Of a stretch of DNA of 64,000 nucleotides, positions 56,710 through 64,000 are shown piece after piece. Both the position numbers and the translations under genes were made by a program. Each line of letters opens with the position of its first letter. Position 1 is the first letter of the stretch. This stretch comes from an uncultured Rubrobacteraceae bacterium (GTDB lineage Bacteria > Actinomycetota > Rubrobacteria > Rubrobacterales > Rubrobacteraceae): NCBI GenBank assembly GCA_963819315.1, contig CAWFVR010000014.1, positions 25,909 through 89,908 of the forward strand, written 5' to 3'. The notes beneath the pieces were generated by a model, which was not told the origin of the DNA, did not search any database, and saw only the letters and a program-made list of their open reading frames with translations.

Positions 56710-57302
56710 TCCTTGCGGGGTTTCGGGCCGCCCGAGGGACCGGACCTTCCCCGAACCAGGCCGACCGCCGCGCCGGCGGCTCCCACGATCACCGCGCGCA
56801 GGACCAGGTTGGCGAGCGAGCGGCCAAGGTCCCGCAGGACCGGGGGCTGGAGGTCTTCTTCGATCTCGGCTGCTGGAGGGAGCGGAGGCGGGTCCTCCAG
56901 CCGTCCGGCCACCTTCTCGTTGTAGGCCACTATGCTCGGCGTAGCGTCGCTGGCGTAGGTTCGTATCTCGTCGGCGAAGAGCGTGGCGTTGAGCGCGGTG
57001 GCGACGAAGAGCGCGAGCCCGGCCATGACGGCTACCACGGTCGCCGCCAGCACGCAATCGCGCAGAAGAAGCGAGCGGTAAGGGACGTCGGGGTCGACGC
57101 GCGTGGGCCGCGTCCGGATCGCTGCCAGAATCCCCAGGAACAAGATCGCCGTCAATGCGAGCTGGGTCCGGAACCCCTCGATGGCGGTGAGGACCCAGTC
57201 GGGTATGGCCTCAGGGTCTATGAAGAGAAACCGGAGGTCCGAGGCCAACGCCACGAGCACCGCGATAATGCCGTACAAAAACCCGATCCTGAGCGGTCCC
57301 AA
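56706..57302 (-). CDS. Hypothetical membrane protein (198 aa), first gene of the cob cluster
   Basis: Track ORF 56706..57302 has 4 hydrophobic segments and a Pro/Glu-rich loop. It is translationally coupled to cbiB. No family recognised. Confidence 0.5.
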   Translation of the reverse strand: MGPLRIGFLYGIIAVLVALASDLRFLFIDPEAIPDWVLTAIEGFRTQLALTAILFLGILAAIRTRPTRVDPDVPYRSLLLRDCVLAATVVAVMAGLALFVATALNATLFADEIRTYASDATPSIVAYNEKVAGRLEDPPPLPPAAEIEEDLQPPVLRDLGRSLANLVLRAVIVGAAGAAVGLVRGRSGPSGGPKPRKE

Positions 57303-57371
57303 ATTGTCTCCCGAAGATACAACCCGGCTCTAAAAACCCAGAATACAACATCACGCGCCGCGCTTTTGTGA

Positions 57372-57672
57372 TTGAGCACGCCGCTTCGCGGCTTGTCAGC
57401 ACGCTCCGGCTTCGCACTCCGCTTGTCAGCACGCATCGGGCCTGGCGGCCCTCGCTTGTCAGCACGGCGCCTTGGCGCCTTGTCAGCACGCTCGGGCCTA
57501 GGGCCCTCGCTTCTCAGCATCTCAGCTTCTCTTTGCGCTGAGCGAAGCTGACAAGCGGCCTGGCGAAGCCAGGAGGCGTGCTGAGAAGGCGCGAAGCGCC
57601 GTGCTGACAAGCTGCCTGAAAGGCAGCGTGCTGACAAGCGACGCCCTAAAAGGGCGGAGCGTGCTGACTAGC
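57372..57672. repeat. Composite palindromic repeat, copy 2 (same architecture and orientation as 101-404)
   Basis: Left-arm units start at 57372, 57391, 57421, 57454, 57478 and 57509. Reverse-complement units start at 57535, 57549 (partial), 57577, 57600, 57627 and 57660. It ends ...GTGCTGACTAGC like copy 1. Confidence 0.9.
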
Positions 57673-58558
57673 CGATCGGTTCCGCAGGAACCGTGCGTCC
57701 CCGCAGGAGCAGGAAGAGCCCGATGAGCACAACGCAGCCGCCGAGGATAGTCGGGAGGCCGGGCGTCTCGGAGAGTATGAGCCAGGCGAGGAGCGACGAG
57801 ATCACGGGCTCGGCGAGGATCGTGGCGGAGATCACCGACGCCTCGACGTAGCGGAGTGCCCAGTTGAAGACGGTGTGGCCCATGAGCTGGGGGCCCAGCG
57901 TTATCGCCCAGAGCCAGAACCAGGTCTCGCCCGAGTATCCCCAGAGCCGGACGTCGAGGACGAGCGCCACTGGCAGGAGCGCGAGCGCAGCGGCGGAGTA
58001 CACCACTACGGAATAGGGCAGGACTCCGATGCCTCCGGTGCGCGAATAGCGCCCGACCAGGACGTAGACCGCCACCGTAACCGCCCCGGCGAGGGCGAGC
58101 GCGTTGCCAAGGAGGGCCGCCGACCCCACAGTATCGTCACCCGCGATGATGGCCGTGCCCACCAGGGCGGCGAGGATGCCGGCGAAGGAGAGCGGCGAGG
58201 TGCGCTCCCCGAAGATCAGATACGCCAGGATCGCCACGAACACCGGCTGTGTAGAGACGAGGACGACGCTCGCCGCCACGCTCGTGTGGTCGAGGGAGGA
58301 GATCCAGAACCCGAAGTGCGCCCCCAGCGCGACGCCAGACGCTATCCCCACCCACAGGTCCCGCCCCCTCGGGAACCGATCCCGCCGCACGAGCGCGGGC
58401 GGCAACAGCAGGGCCGCCCCGAGCGCGCAGCGCCAGAAAGCTACGGCGATGGCCGGTGCCTCGGCGAGCCGGATAAAGATGGCCGCCGCCGAGACGGCGA
58501 ACACCCCGACCGCTACCGCCGGGAGCGCGTACCTACCCCGTACCTTATCCTGTACCAA
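57668..58558 (-). CDS. EamA/DMT superfamily transporter
   Basis: Ten hydrophobic helices in two EamA-like halves. I chose in-frame TTG 58558 as the start, because the upstream part of track ORF 57668..58771 overlaps the DUF218 gene. The TAG stop lies in the repeat terminus. Confidence 0.7.
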   Translation of the reverse strand: MVQDKVRGRYALPAVAVGVFAVSAAAIFIRLAEAPAIAVAFWRCALGAALLLPPALVRRDRFPRGRDLWVGIASGVALGAHFGFWISSLDHTSVAASVVLVSTQPVFVAILAYLIFGERTSPLSFAGILAALVGTAIIAGDDTVGSAALLGNALALAGAVTVAVYVLVGRYSRTGGIGVLPYSVVVYSAAALALLPVALVLDVRLWGYSGETWFWLWAITLGPQLMGHTVFNWALRYVEASVISATILAEPVISSLLAWLILSETPGLPTILGGCVVLIGLFLLLRGRTVPAEPIG

Positions 58559-59109
58559 ACCAGCGCTCCCAGCTCCCTGACGAACTGCCCCCGCCGCGAC
58601 CAACTGCCGCGCCACATCGGGCTGCCGTACACCGGCTCCGACCACGCCCCGAGCCCAGCCCGCTCGAAGGCCGCCACCGTCCGGACGCAGTGCAGCGGGT
58701 CGGTGACCACCAGCACGTCGCTTACGCCGAGCCTCTTCGCCATGTCCGTAACGAATCGGGCCGAGTCCCACGTGTTGAGAGCCCTATCTTCGAGCATCAC
58801 GGCGTCATCCGGCACCCCCTCCTCCCCGAGCACGCGTCCCATGACCTCGGCCTCCGCCGGCGGATGCTTCCCGACGCCGCCTGTGGCGATGATCAGACGC
58901 ACCCTCCTTCGCGCGTAGAGCCCGGCCGCGTGGTGGACCCTCGCCGCGAGCGTACTGCTCGGCCTCCCGCCCGAGAGCACCTCCGTACCGAGCACCACGG
59001 CGACCTGGATCTCCTCGGGCGCATCGCCAGGGGGCGGCGCGCCACCCCGGTACACTTCGACGAGCGTTCGGACCCACTCCAGGACGCCCCCGGAAGACGA
59101 CGGCTTCAA
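58513..59109 (-). CDS. DUF218 (YdcF/ElyC-like) domain protein
   Basis: VAVVLGTEVLSGGRPSSTLAARV...LIIATGGVG...EAEVM...EDRALNTWDSA matches the DUF218 pattern. The TTG start overlaps the mobA stop. Confidence 0.7.
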   Translation of the reverse strand: MKPSSSGGVLEWVRTLVEVYRGGAPPPGDAPEEIQVAVVLGTEVLSGGRPSSTLAARVHHAAGLYARRRVRLIIATGGVGKHPPAEAEVMGRVLGEEGVPDDAVMLEDRALNTWDSARFVTDMAKRLGVSDVLVVTDPLHCVRTVAAFERAGLGAWSEPVYGSPMWRGSWSRRGQFVRELGALVWYRIRYGVGTRSRR

Positions 59110-59678
59110 GGCACGCCCGCCCTCGCCCGGTCCAGGTCTTCCGGCGAGTTGACGTTCATCAGGTAGAGGTAGGGATCTCCGAACCGCTGCAACTCTCTCT
59201 CTACGTAGTCCACCTTGTCAAGGCTGTCTAGGAACTGGCGTACAGAGCGTACCCCGCCGTCGAGCGCCGACCGCACCCGCGGCAGTATACGGCGGTCGTA
59301 GGCAGCACACAGCGGGTGCACGGTGGCCCCTTGCCGCGGCGCTACGGCAAGGGCGCCGCGTTCCTCGAGTCGTTCCAGCGCGAAGCCGACCAGTTCCGCG
59401 GGCAAGAAAGGCAGGTCGGCGGCGGCGACGAAGACGAGTTGGTACTCTGCGGCGGCGAGGCCCGCCTCGATCCCGGCCAGCGGCCCCAGGCCGCCTGTCC
59501 GCTCGTCCTGCACCTGCCTGACCCCTTCGAGCCGCGCGGGGCCGCCTCCTACCAGTATCACCTCCGCGCACCGCCTGGCGAGGACGTCGTGGACGCGGTT
59601 GAGAAGGGGCACGCCTCCCACCTCGAGGAGGAGCTTGTCGCGGCCCATCCTCCGGCTCTTCCCGCCGGCGAGTATCAC
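59106..59678 (-). CDS. mobA: Molybdenum cofactor guanylyltransferase
   Basis: ILAGGKSRRMGRDKLLLEV, GPLAGI and AADLPFL. GTG start. Confidence 0.8.
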   Translation of the reverse strand: MILAGGKSRRMGRDKLLLEVGGVPLLNRVHDVLARRCAEVILVGGGPARLEGVRQVQDERTGGLGPLAGIEAGLAAAEYQLVFVAAADLPFLPAELVGFALERLEERGALAVAPRQGATVHPLCAAYDRRILPRVRSALDGGVRSVRQFLDSLDKVDYVERELQRFGDPYLYLMNVNSPEDLDRARAGVP

Positions 59679-59701
59679 CCCGGATGCGTCGGTGCGAGGG
59701 T

Positions 59702-60736
59702 TCAGGTGCTCGCCTTGGTCGCCGCCCTGGCCTTCAGGTCCTGGATCTTCTGGCGCAGAGCTTCAACCCGGTCCTGGCAGGTGGGTGTGGGACTGCGGCG
59801 GGCGAGGCGCTCGGCGAAGGCGAGGTCCACGGCGGTCGCGTGCACCTTCCGCGCTCTTAACCACTCGCCCAGGTGTCCCGTGAGGATGAGCCGGAGATAG
59901 TAACCCGTTCTGCGAAAGCGGGTCGGGAGGATGGCGTACTCCTCCGGACTTATGATGCCTTTTTCGACCTCCTCGCGCAGCTCGTCCCGTATCCAGCGCC
60001 GCTCGATTGTCAGCCACACGATGATGAGCACCAGGTACAGTAGCACGACGATGAACATGAAGAGGTAGGCCACGAGACCCATCGTCGTGGCCAGGAAGTT
60101 GAAGGTCGCGTGCAGGAGGATTGCGCCAAGGAGCCCGAGCAACGGCGGAAGAACCCTCAGCGCCCTGTTGTTGACGAAGGGGATCATGCCGAACCCGATT
60201 CCCGTCAACGAGGTGAACGCGGCGTGGCCGAAGCCGCCGAGGATCCGGCGCATCAGGAACGTCTCGGCTCCATACTCTATCCCATAGAGTATGTCCTCGG
60301 CTAGTGCGAAGCCGAAGCCGACAGCCGCCCCGTAGACGATGCCGTCCATCACCCCCGCGAACTCGATGAGGCGGCGCCTGCGCGAAGCCAGGTAGGCGAT
60401 GACGAAGATGATGAGCAGCGCGAGCCCCTTGGTGGACTCCTCGACCACAGGCGCCACGAAGACCGCCGTCAGGAAGTTCGCCTCCTGCCTGCTGACGAGC
60501 GCCTCGAACGAGATCAGGGCCAGGGTGTTGAAGACCAGCGAGATGGTCGTAGCGACCGCGAAGCCCCAGATGAACACGGGCAACACGTAACGCAGCGGCT
60601 CGCGCTCATAGGCGTCAATGGTCCTGATAAAGAGCAGGTAGATGAGGGTCTGCAGGACCCCAAACCAGACGAGCGAAGCGCTCAATTCCACGTCGACAAA
60701 CCTCCGGAGAGCGACATACGAAGAATCTATACCCAC
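59702..60736 (-). CDS. prsW: PrsW family intramembrane metalloprotease
   Basis: FIRTIDAYEREP, the conserved APVVEESTKGLALL (EE motif) and GGFGHAAFTSLTGIGFG (H motif). Confidence 0.8.
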   Translation of the reverse strand: MGIDSSYVALRRFVDVELSASLVWFGVLQTLIYLLFIRTIDAYEREPLRYVLPVFIWGFAVATTISLVFNTLALISFEALVSRQEANFLTAVFVAPVVEESTKGLALLIIFVIAYLASRRRRLIEFAGVMDGIVYGAAVGFGFALAEDILYGIEYGAETFLMRRILGGFGHAAFTSLTGIGFGMIPFVNNRALRVLPPLLGLLGAILLHATFNFLATTMGLVAYLFMFIVVLLYLVLIIVWLTIERRWIRDELREEVEKGIISPEEYAILPTRFRRTGYYLRLILTGHLGEWLRARKVHATAVDLAFAERLARRSPTPTCQDRVEALRQKIQDLKARAATKAST

Positions 60737-60780
60737 TCCTGTTGGTAGAATACCCCCAGTGGACTCGCCGGCAGAGGAGA

Positions 60781-61278
60781 ATGTTGGATAGCGACCCTCA
60801 CGAACGCAACACTATACTAGGCGCGATGCGCAACCTGACCCACGGGGTCTACGTGCTCGGCACCAGACGCGGCCGCCAGTCGAACGCGATGACCGCCTCC
60901 TGGGTGATGCAGGCCTCCGAACGACCCCCGTGCGTGGCCGTCGCCGTCCGCGAAGACCGCTACTCTCACGACCTGATCCTGGAGAGCTCGACCTTCGCCC
61001 TGAGCGCCCTGCGCGACGACCAGGTCGACGTCGCAACCCACTTCTCGGACACAAGTGGCGAGTACCACGACAAGCTCCAGGGCGTCCCTTACGGCCTGAC
61101 TCCGGGGGGCTCGCCGTTCCTCCTGGACTGCCTGGCCTACCTCGACTGCAGGGTCATGGACACACTCCGCTCCGGGGACCACACGGTCATCGTCGGCGAG
61201 GTCACCGCAGGCGAGACCCTGGCCGACGGCTACCCTCTTATCTACGATCCCACCGAATACGAGGAGGCCCTGCGCTAG
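60781..61278 (+). CDS. Flavin reductase family protein
   Basis: ATG 60781 follows GAGGAGA. THGVYVLGTRRGRQSNAMTASWVMQAS...GDHTVIVGEV is typical of the flavin reductase-like domain. Confidence 0.75.
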   Translation: MLDSDPHERNTILGAMRNLTHGVYVLGTRRGRQSNAMTASWVMQASERPPCVAVAVREDRYSHDLILESSTFALSALRDDQVDVATHFSDTSGEYHDKLQGVPYGLTPGGSPFLLDCLAYLDCRVMDTLRSGDHTVIVGEVTAGETLADGYPLIYDPTEYEEALR

Positions 61279-61746
61279 ATGTCCTCCGACCCGGAAACCC
61301 GCCTCCGCGAACTCGGCCTCGAGCTGCCCGCCGTACCCGAGGCGGCCGGCGCCTACGTCCCCGCAACGCGTACCGCTAACCTCGTATTCACCGCAGGCCA
61401 ACTCCCCTTCGAGAACGGCGAGCTCCGCATGACGGGTAAGGTCGGCGACGCCGTCTCGGCCGACGAAGCCTACGAAGCCGCCCGCCTCTGCGCGCTGAAC
61501 GCCCTCGCCGCCGCCGCTGCCGGGGCCGGCCGCCTGAACGGGATAAGCCGCGTCGTAAAGGTGACAGGCTTCGTCGCCTCAGCCCCTGGCTTCAACGCCC
61601 AGCCGCGGGTCGTCAACGGAGCCTCGGATCTCATAGGCGAGCTATTCGGAGAAGCCGGCCTGCACGCCCGCTCCGCCGTGGGCGTCGCAGAGTTGCCGCT
61701 CGACGCCCCGGTCGAGGTGGAGCTCATAGTCGAGCTCGAAGCCTAG
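61279..61746 (+). CDS. RidA/YjgF family protein
   Basis: VFTAGQLP, KVTGFV and ARSAVGVAELPLDAPVEVE match the RidA fold signature. It starts right after the upstream TAG. Confidence 0.75.
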   Translation: MSSDPETRLRELGLELPAVPEAAGAYVPATRTANLVFTAGQLPFENGELRMTGKVGDAVSADEAYEAARLCALNALAAAAAGAGRLNGISRVVKVTGFVASAPGFNAQPRVVNGASDLIGELFGEAGLHARSAVGVAELPLDAPVEVELIVELEA

Positions 61747-61849
61747 AGCACACCACGGATCTTCGTCCTCCCTGGACGCCGCTCGTCAAGGTTTATAATC
61801 TGTTTGATCGGATATAACTATTATCGTGTACGACCGGGAGGGAATGAAA

Positions 61850-62101
61850 ATGGATGCGACGCTTTGCAAGACTGCGGAGATAAAGCTATACACAGGTGCT
61901 TACTGCCCATACTGTCGGATAGTCCAGAGGGAGCTCGAGAGGCAGGGCCTGGATTACGAGGTTGTGGACGCCGACGTTGATGGGCGTGATGAGGTGATAC
62001 GCCTCTCCGGGCAGCGAGCGATCCCGATCCTGACCATAGACGACGAGGTTCTCGTGGACTCCTCTCACATCGTCCGCGAGCTGCGCCGCCGCTGCGCTTG
62101 A
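61850..62101 (+). CDS. Glutaredoxin-like protein
   Basis: ATG 61850 lies 8 nt after GGAGG. Active site YCPYC in IKLYTGAYCPYCRIV. Also has the RAIPIL (cis-Pro) region. Confidence 0.75.
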   Translation: MDATLCKTAEIKLYTGAYCPYCRIVQRELERQGLDYEVVDADVDGRDEVIRLSGQRAIPILTIDDEVLVDSSHIVRELRRRCA

Positions 62102-62118
62102 GCACTTACGGGTGCCTG

Positions 62119-62916
62119 CTATTCCGGACCGGTTGTGAGCTGCTCGAGGACGTAGTCGGCGTAGAAGGCTATCGAGTCGTCCGCGCCTTCGAAGAGGAAG
62201 GCGCGTGACTTGCCTATTGGGTCCAGGACCAGCCAGCCGGCTTCGACCACCGGGCCCTCGCCCCAGCTATCGTCGGGGCGCCAGGCGCCTGGGGGGTTGG
62301 CGTTGCGGCGGATGATCTCCCCCACGAAGCAGCCCAACCCTACGACGAGAGCGTCGAGGATCGGCGGGTCCTCGTCCTCGTCCAGAGCTGCCATCACCAG
62401 CTCCTCGACTAGCGGCAGGTATTCCGGCTCGTAGTCGAGGTCCACGCTCCACTGTACGCTCGCGGTCTCCCGGAACAGCTCGGCCGCTTCCTCAGGCCTG
62501 TCAGCGGCCACGCGGACGAGGGCTAGTTGGAGCAGGGCGGCGGGCGACCGGCCGAAGAAAAACCCGACCTCCCGCGGCACGGGGTAAGCGCTCAGTATCT
62601 CCAGTCCGGCGCCGGCGTAGTCCGAGTCCCGCAGAACGGCCGCCTTGTTGAGCGCCTGTTTGGTCATTCCGGGCTCCCAGGGACCTGTCTCGACCTCGAC
62701 GAAGAAGTCCCGCCCGCCACGCACGAGGTGTATCGGCAGCGCCACCTCTCCCCAGGGAGCCCGGATCTCCTTGAACAGTTCCTGTATCTCGGCGCCGCGC
62801 CCCTCCAGCTCGGTGGCTACCTTGAGGATGGTCGCCGGACGCGGTGCATCGCGCTCCAGTCGGATGGGTCCGACGGAACCCTCCTCTGGCGTTTCGCCGC
62901 CGTTGCTCCGCAGCAT
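62119..62916 (-). CDS. Hypothetical protein (265 aa)
   Basis: Track ORF 62119..62916 has good coding bias. No family recognised. Confidence 0.45.
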   Translation of the reverse strand: MLRSNGGETPEEGSVGPIRLERDAPRPATILKVATELEGRGAEIQELFKEIRAPWGEVALPIHLVRGGRDFFVEVETGPWEPGMTKQALNKAAVLRDSDYAGAGLEILSAYPVPREVGFFFGRSPAALLQLALVRVAADRPEEAAELFRETASVQWSVDLDYEPEYLPLVEELVMAALDEDEDPPILDALVVGLGCFVGEIIRRNANPPGAWRPDDSWGEGPVVEAGWLVLDPIGKSRAFLFEGADDSIAFYADYVLEQLTTGPE

Positions 62917-63009
62917 CCGGGTCAGCCTCCCCTGTCGCGGTCGAACCCGCAGATTCTAGCAACCAAAGGAAGTTGCCGAAAGCGGGAGCTATATATTAAG
63001 CTTACCGCC

Positions 63010-63663
63010 ATGCCTGAACAAGAGTTTTTCCTGATCCGCCATGGCCAATCGACGGCGAACGCGAGCGGCGTCTGGCAAGGCCAGATGGAGTTTCCACTAT
63101 CCGAGGAAGGTCGTCTGCAGTCGCGCCTCGCGGGGAAGGCGATGACCGGCCAGCCGCTCGACGCCATCTACTCCAGCCCGCTCGGCAGGGCCTTCGAAAC
63201 CGCCGAGATAATCGCCCGCGAGGCAGGTTTCACGGGAGAAATCGTCCCCATAATGGGACTCATGGAGCGGCACGGGGGCTCGCTCGAAGGGACCACTCAC
63301 GCGGAGCGGGAGACGCGCAACCCCGAGCTAACGAGGAAGCTGCTCGGGTTGCCGGAGGAGGAGCGCTGGACGCTGGTCGGGGCCGAGACAGACGAGGAGG
63401 TCCTGGCGCGGTTCGAGGAGGCGATCTCCGAGATTCGGGCCAGCCACGATGCGGGTGCGCGCCTCGTCGTCGTCTCCCACGGCGGCGTAATGCGGGCATT
63501 CTTGAGGCACCACTTCGGACCCGGGGTATTGCCCGGCACCGTGCGGGCGGCGAACGCCTCGATAACGCGCATTGGATGGGCAGAGAACGGAGAGCCCCGG
63601 CTGCTGGAGCTCGCTTCCACGCGGCACCTCTCTTCCACCCCGCGAGCCTCCGTAACGGAGTGA
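63010..63663 (+). CDS. Histidine phosphatase family protein (phosphoglycerate-mutase-like)
   Basis: ATG 63010. Has the catalytic FLIRHGQSTAN (RHG motif) and VVSHGGVMRAF. Confidence 0.8.
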   Translation: MPEQEFFLIRHGQSTANASGVWQGQMEFPLSEEGRLQSRLAGKAMTGQPLDAIYSSPLGRAFETAEIIAREAGFTGEIVPIMGLMERHGGSLEGTTHAERETRNPELTRKLLGLPEEERWTLVGAETDEEVLARFEEAISEIRASHDAGARLVVVSHGGVMRAFLRHHFGPGVLPGTVRAANASITRIGWAENGEPRLLELASTRHLSSTPRASVTE

Positions 63664-63673
63664 GGAGCCGGGG

Positions 63674-64000
63674 TTAGTTCGCGGGTTGGACGCGGCGCGC
63701 GTTGGGGCCACGGTCGTTCTGCCCTACCTCGTACTCCACCTCGTCGTTGGGTGAGAGAGACGAGGGGTCACCCTGGACCTCCGAGTGGTGGACGAAGAGG
63801 TCTTCGCCCGTCGGCCGGACGAGGAACCCGTAGCCCTTCTCCGCGTCGAACCATTTGACGCGCCCGCGCTCTCGCGGCGGCCCGTCGGAGCCTTCCGCCT
63901 GGCCGTCGAGGGGAGCCTGCACGACGGACCTGATCCCAACGGTGGATGCCGCCGCGGTTACCTCCGTGTCGGCCTCGAGCACTATCGAGTCCTCGGCCAC
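63674..64000 (-). CDS. Cold-shock domain protein with N-terminal extension (5' end may lie beyond the window)
   Basis: GRVKWFDAEKGYGFL (RNP1-like) and DLFVHHSEV (RNP2-like), preceded by at least 45 non-CSD residues that reach the window edge. Confidence 0.75.
   Translation of the reverse strand: MAEDSIVLEADTEVTAAASTVGIRSVVQAPLDGQAEGSDGPPRERGRVKWFDAEKGYGFLVRPTGEDLFVHHSEVQGDPSSLSPNDEVEYEVGQNDRGPNARRVQPAN

Noticed and set aside
101-57672. The two direct-orientation repeat copies as boundaries of a 57-kb mobile island.
   Set aside because: The interval contains core housekeeping operons (mdh, sucCD, ppdK, PTS, Trk, cob). I saw no integrase, conjugation or phage genes and no compositional break by eye. 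The only mobile gene is a decayed transposase.
1-64000. Search for rRNA, tRNA, riboswitches (including cobalamin upstream of the cob genes) and recognisable defence systems (restriction-modification, toxin-antitoxin, Cas, abortive infection).
   Set aside because: I found no tRNA-like cloverleaf signatures (T-loop GGTTCGAATCC-type words) or rRNA segments by eye. No gene product resembles known defence components. Absence by visual inspection is not proof. tRNAscan-SE, Infernal/Rfam and DefenseFinder or PADLOC would be decisive.

Overview
High-GC bacterial chromosomal segment with strong G/C bias at third codon positions. Gene content looks actinobacterium-like, but the taxon is inference only. 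I can support about 60 densely packed protein genes, mostly core metabolism.

Main gene content:
- FAD-dependent geranylgeranyl-reductase-like enzyme, malate dehydrogenase, and methylmalonyl-CoA mutase catalytic chain plus epimerase.
- A selenium-binding-protein (methanethiol-oxidase-like) gene.
- A PLP decarboxylase.
- A NarL-type response regulator with a giant REC/PAS/GAF histidine kinase, convergent with a REC-thioredoxin-reductase-like fusion.
- Pyruvate phosphate dikinase.
- A complete mannitol PTS operon (mtlA-mtlR-mtlF-mtlD) that also carries ptsH-ptsI.
- sucCD, and two adjacent K+ uptake systems (KtrBA-like and TrkAH).
- Arginase, GGT, NaPRTase, lactate permease, C-N hydrolase, glutamate formimidoyltransferase and a GH15 hydrolase.
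- Late cobalamin genes (cbiB-cobD-cobU-cobS), mobA, a PrsW protease, and small redox/RidA genes.

I saw no rRNA, tRNA or CRISPR array, and no recognisable defence or toxin system.

Most unusual signals:
1. Two ~296-bp copies (101-404 and 57372-57672) of a composite palindromic repeat. It is built from opposed arrays of the 13-mer GCTTGTCAGCACG / CGTGCTGACAAGC, interleaved with GC-rich mini-hairpins. Each copy abuts the TAG stop codon of a gene. Copy 1 is bracketed by CTAG direct repeats.
2. Related short GCTTCGC/GCGAAGC-containing repeats and palindromes at gene 3' ends.
3. At least 13 single-nucleotide frame disruptions in 10 otherwise well-conserved genes, mostly in short homopolymer runs. 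These are either assembly errors or gene decay.
4. A heavily decayed IS701/IS4-like transposase remnant.
5. A conserved ~35-40-nt intergenic motif near the two-component locus.

All product calls are from motif recognition in the supplied translations. No database search was run.
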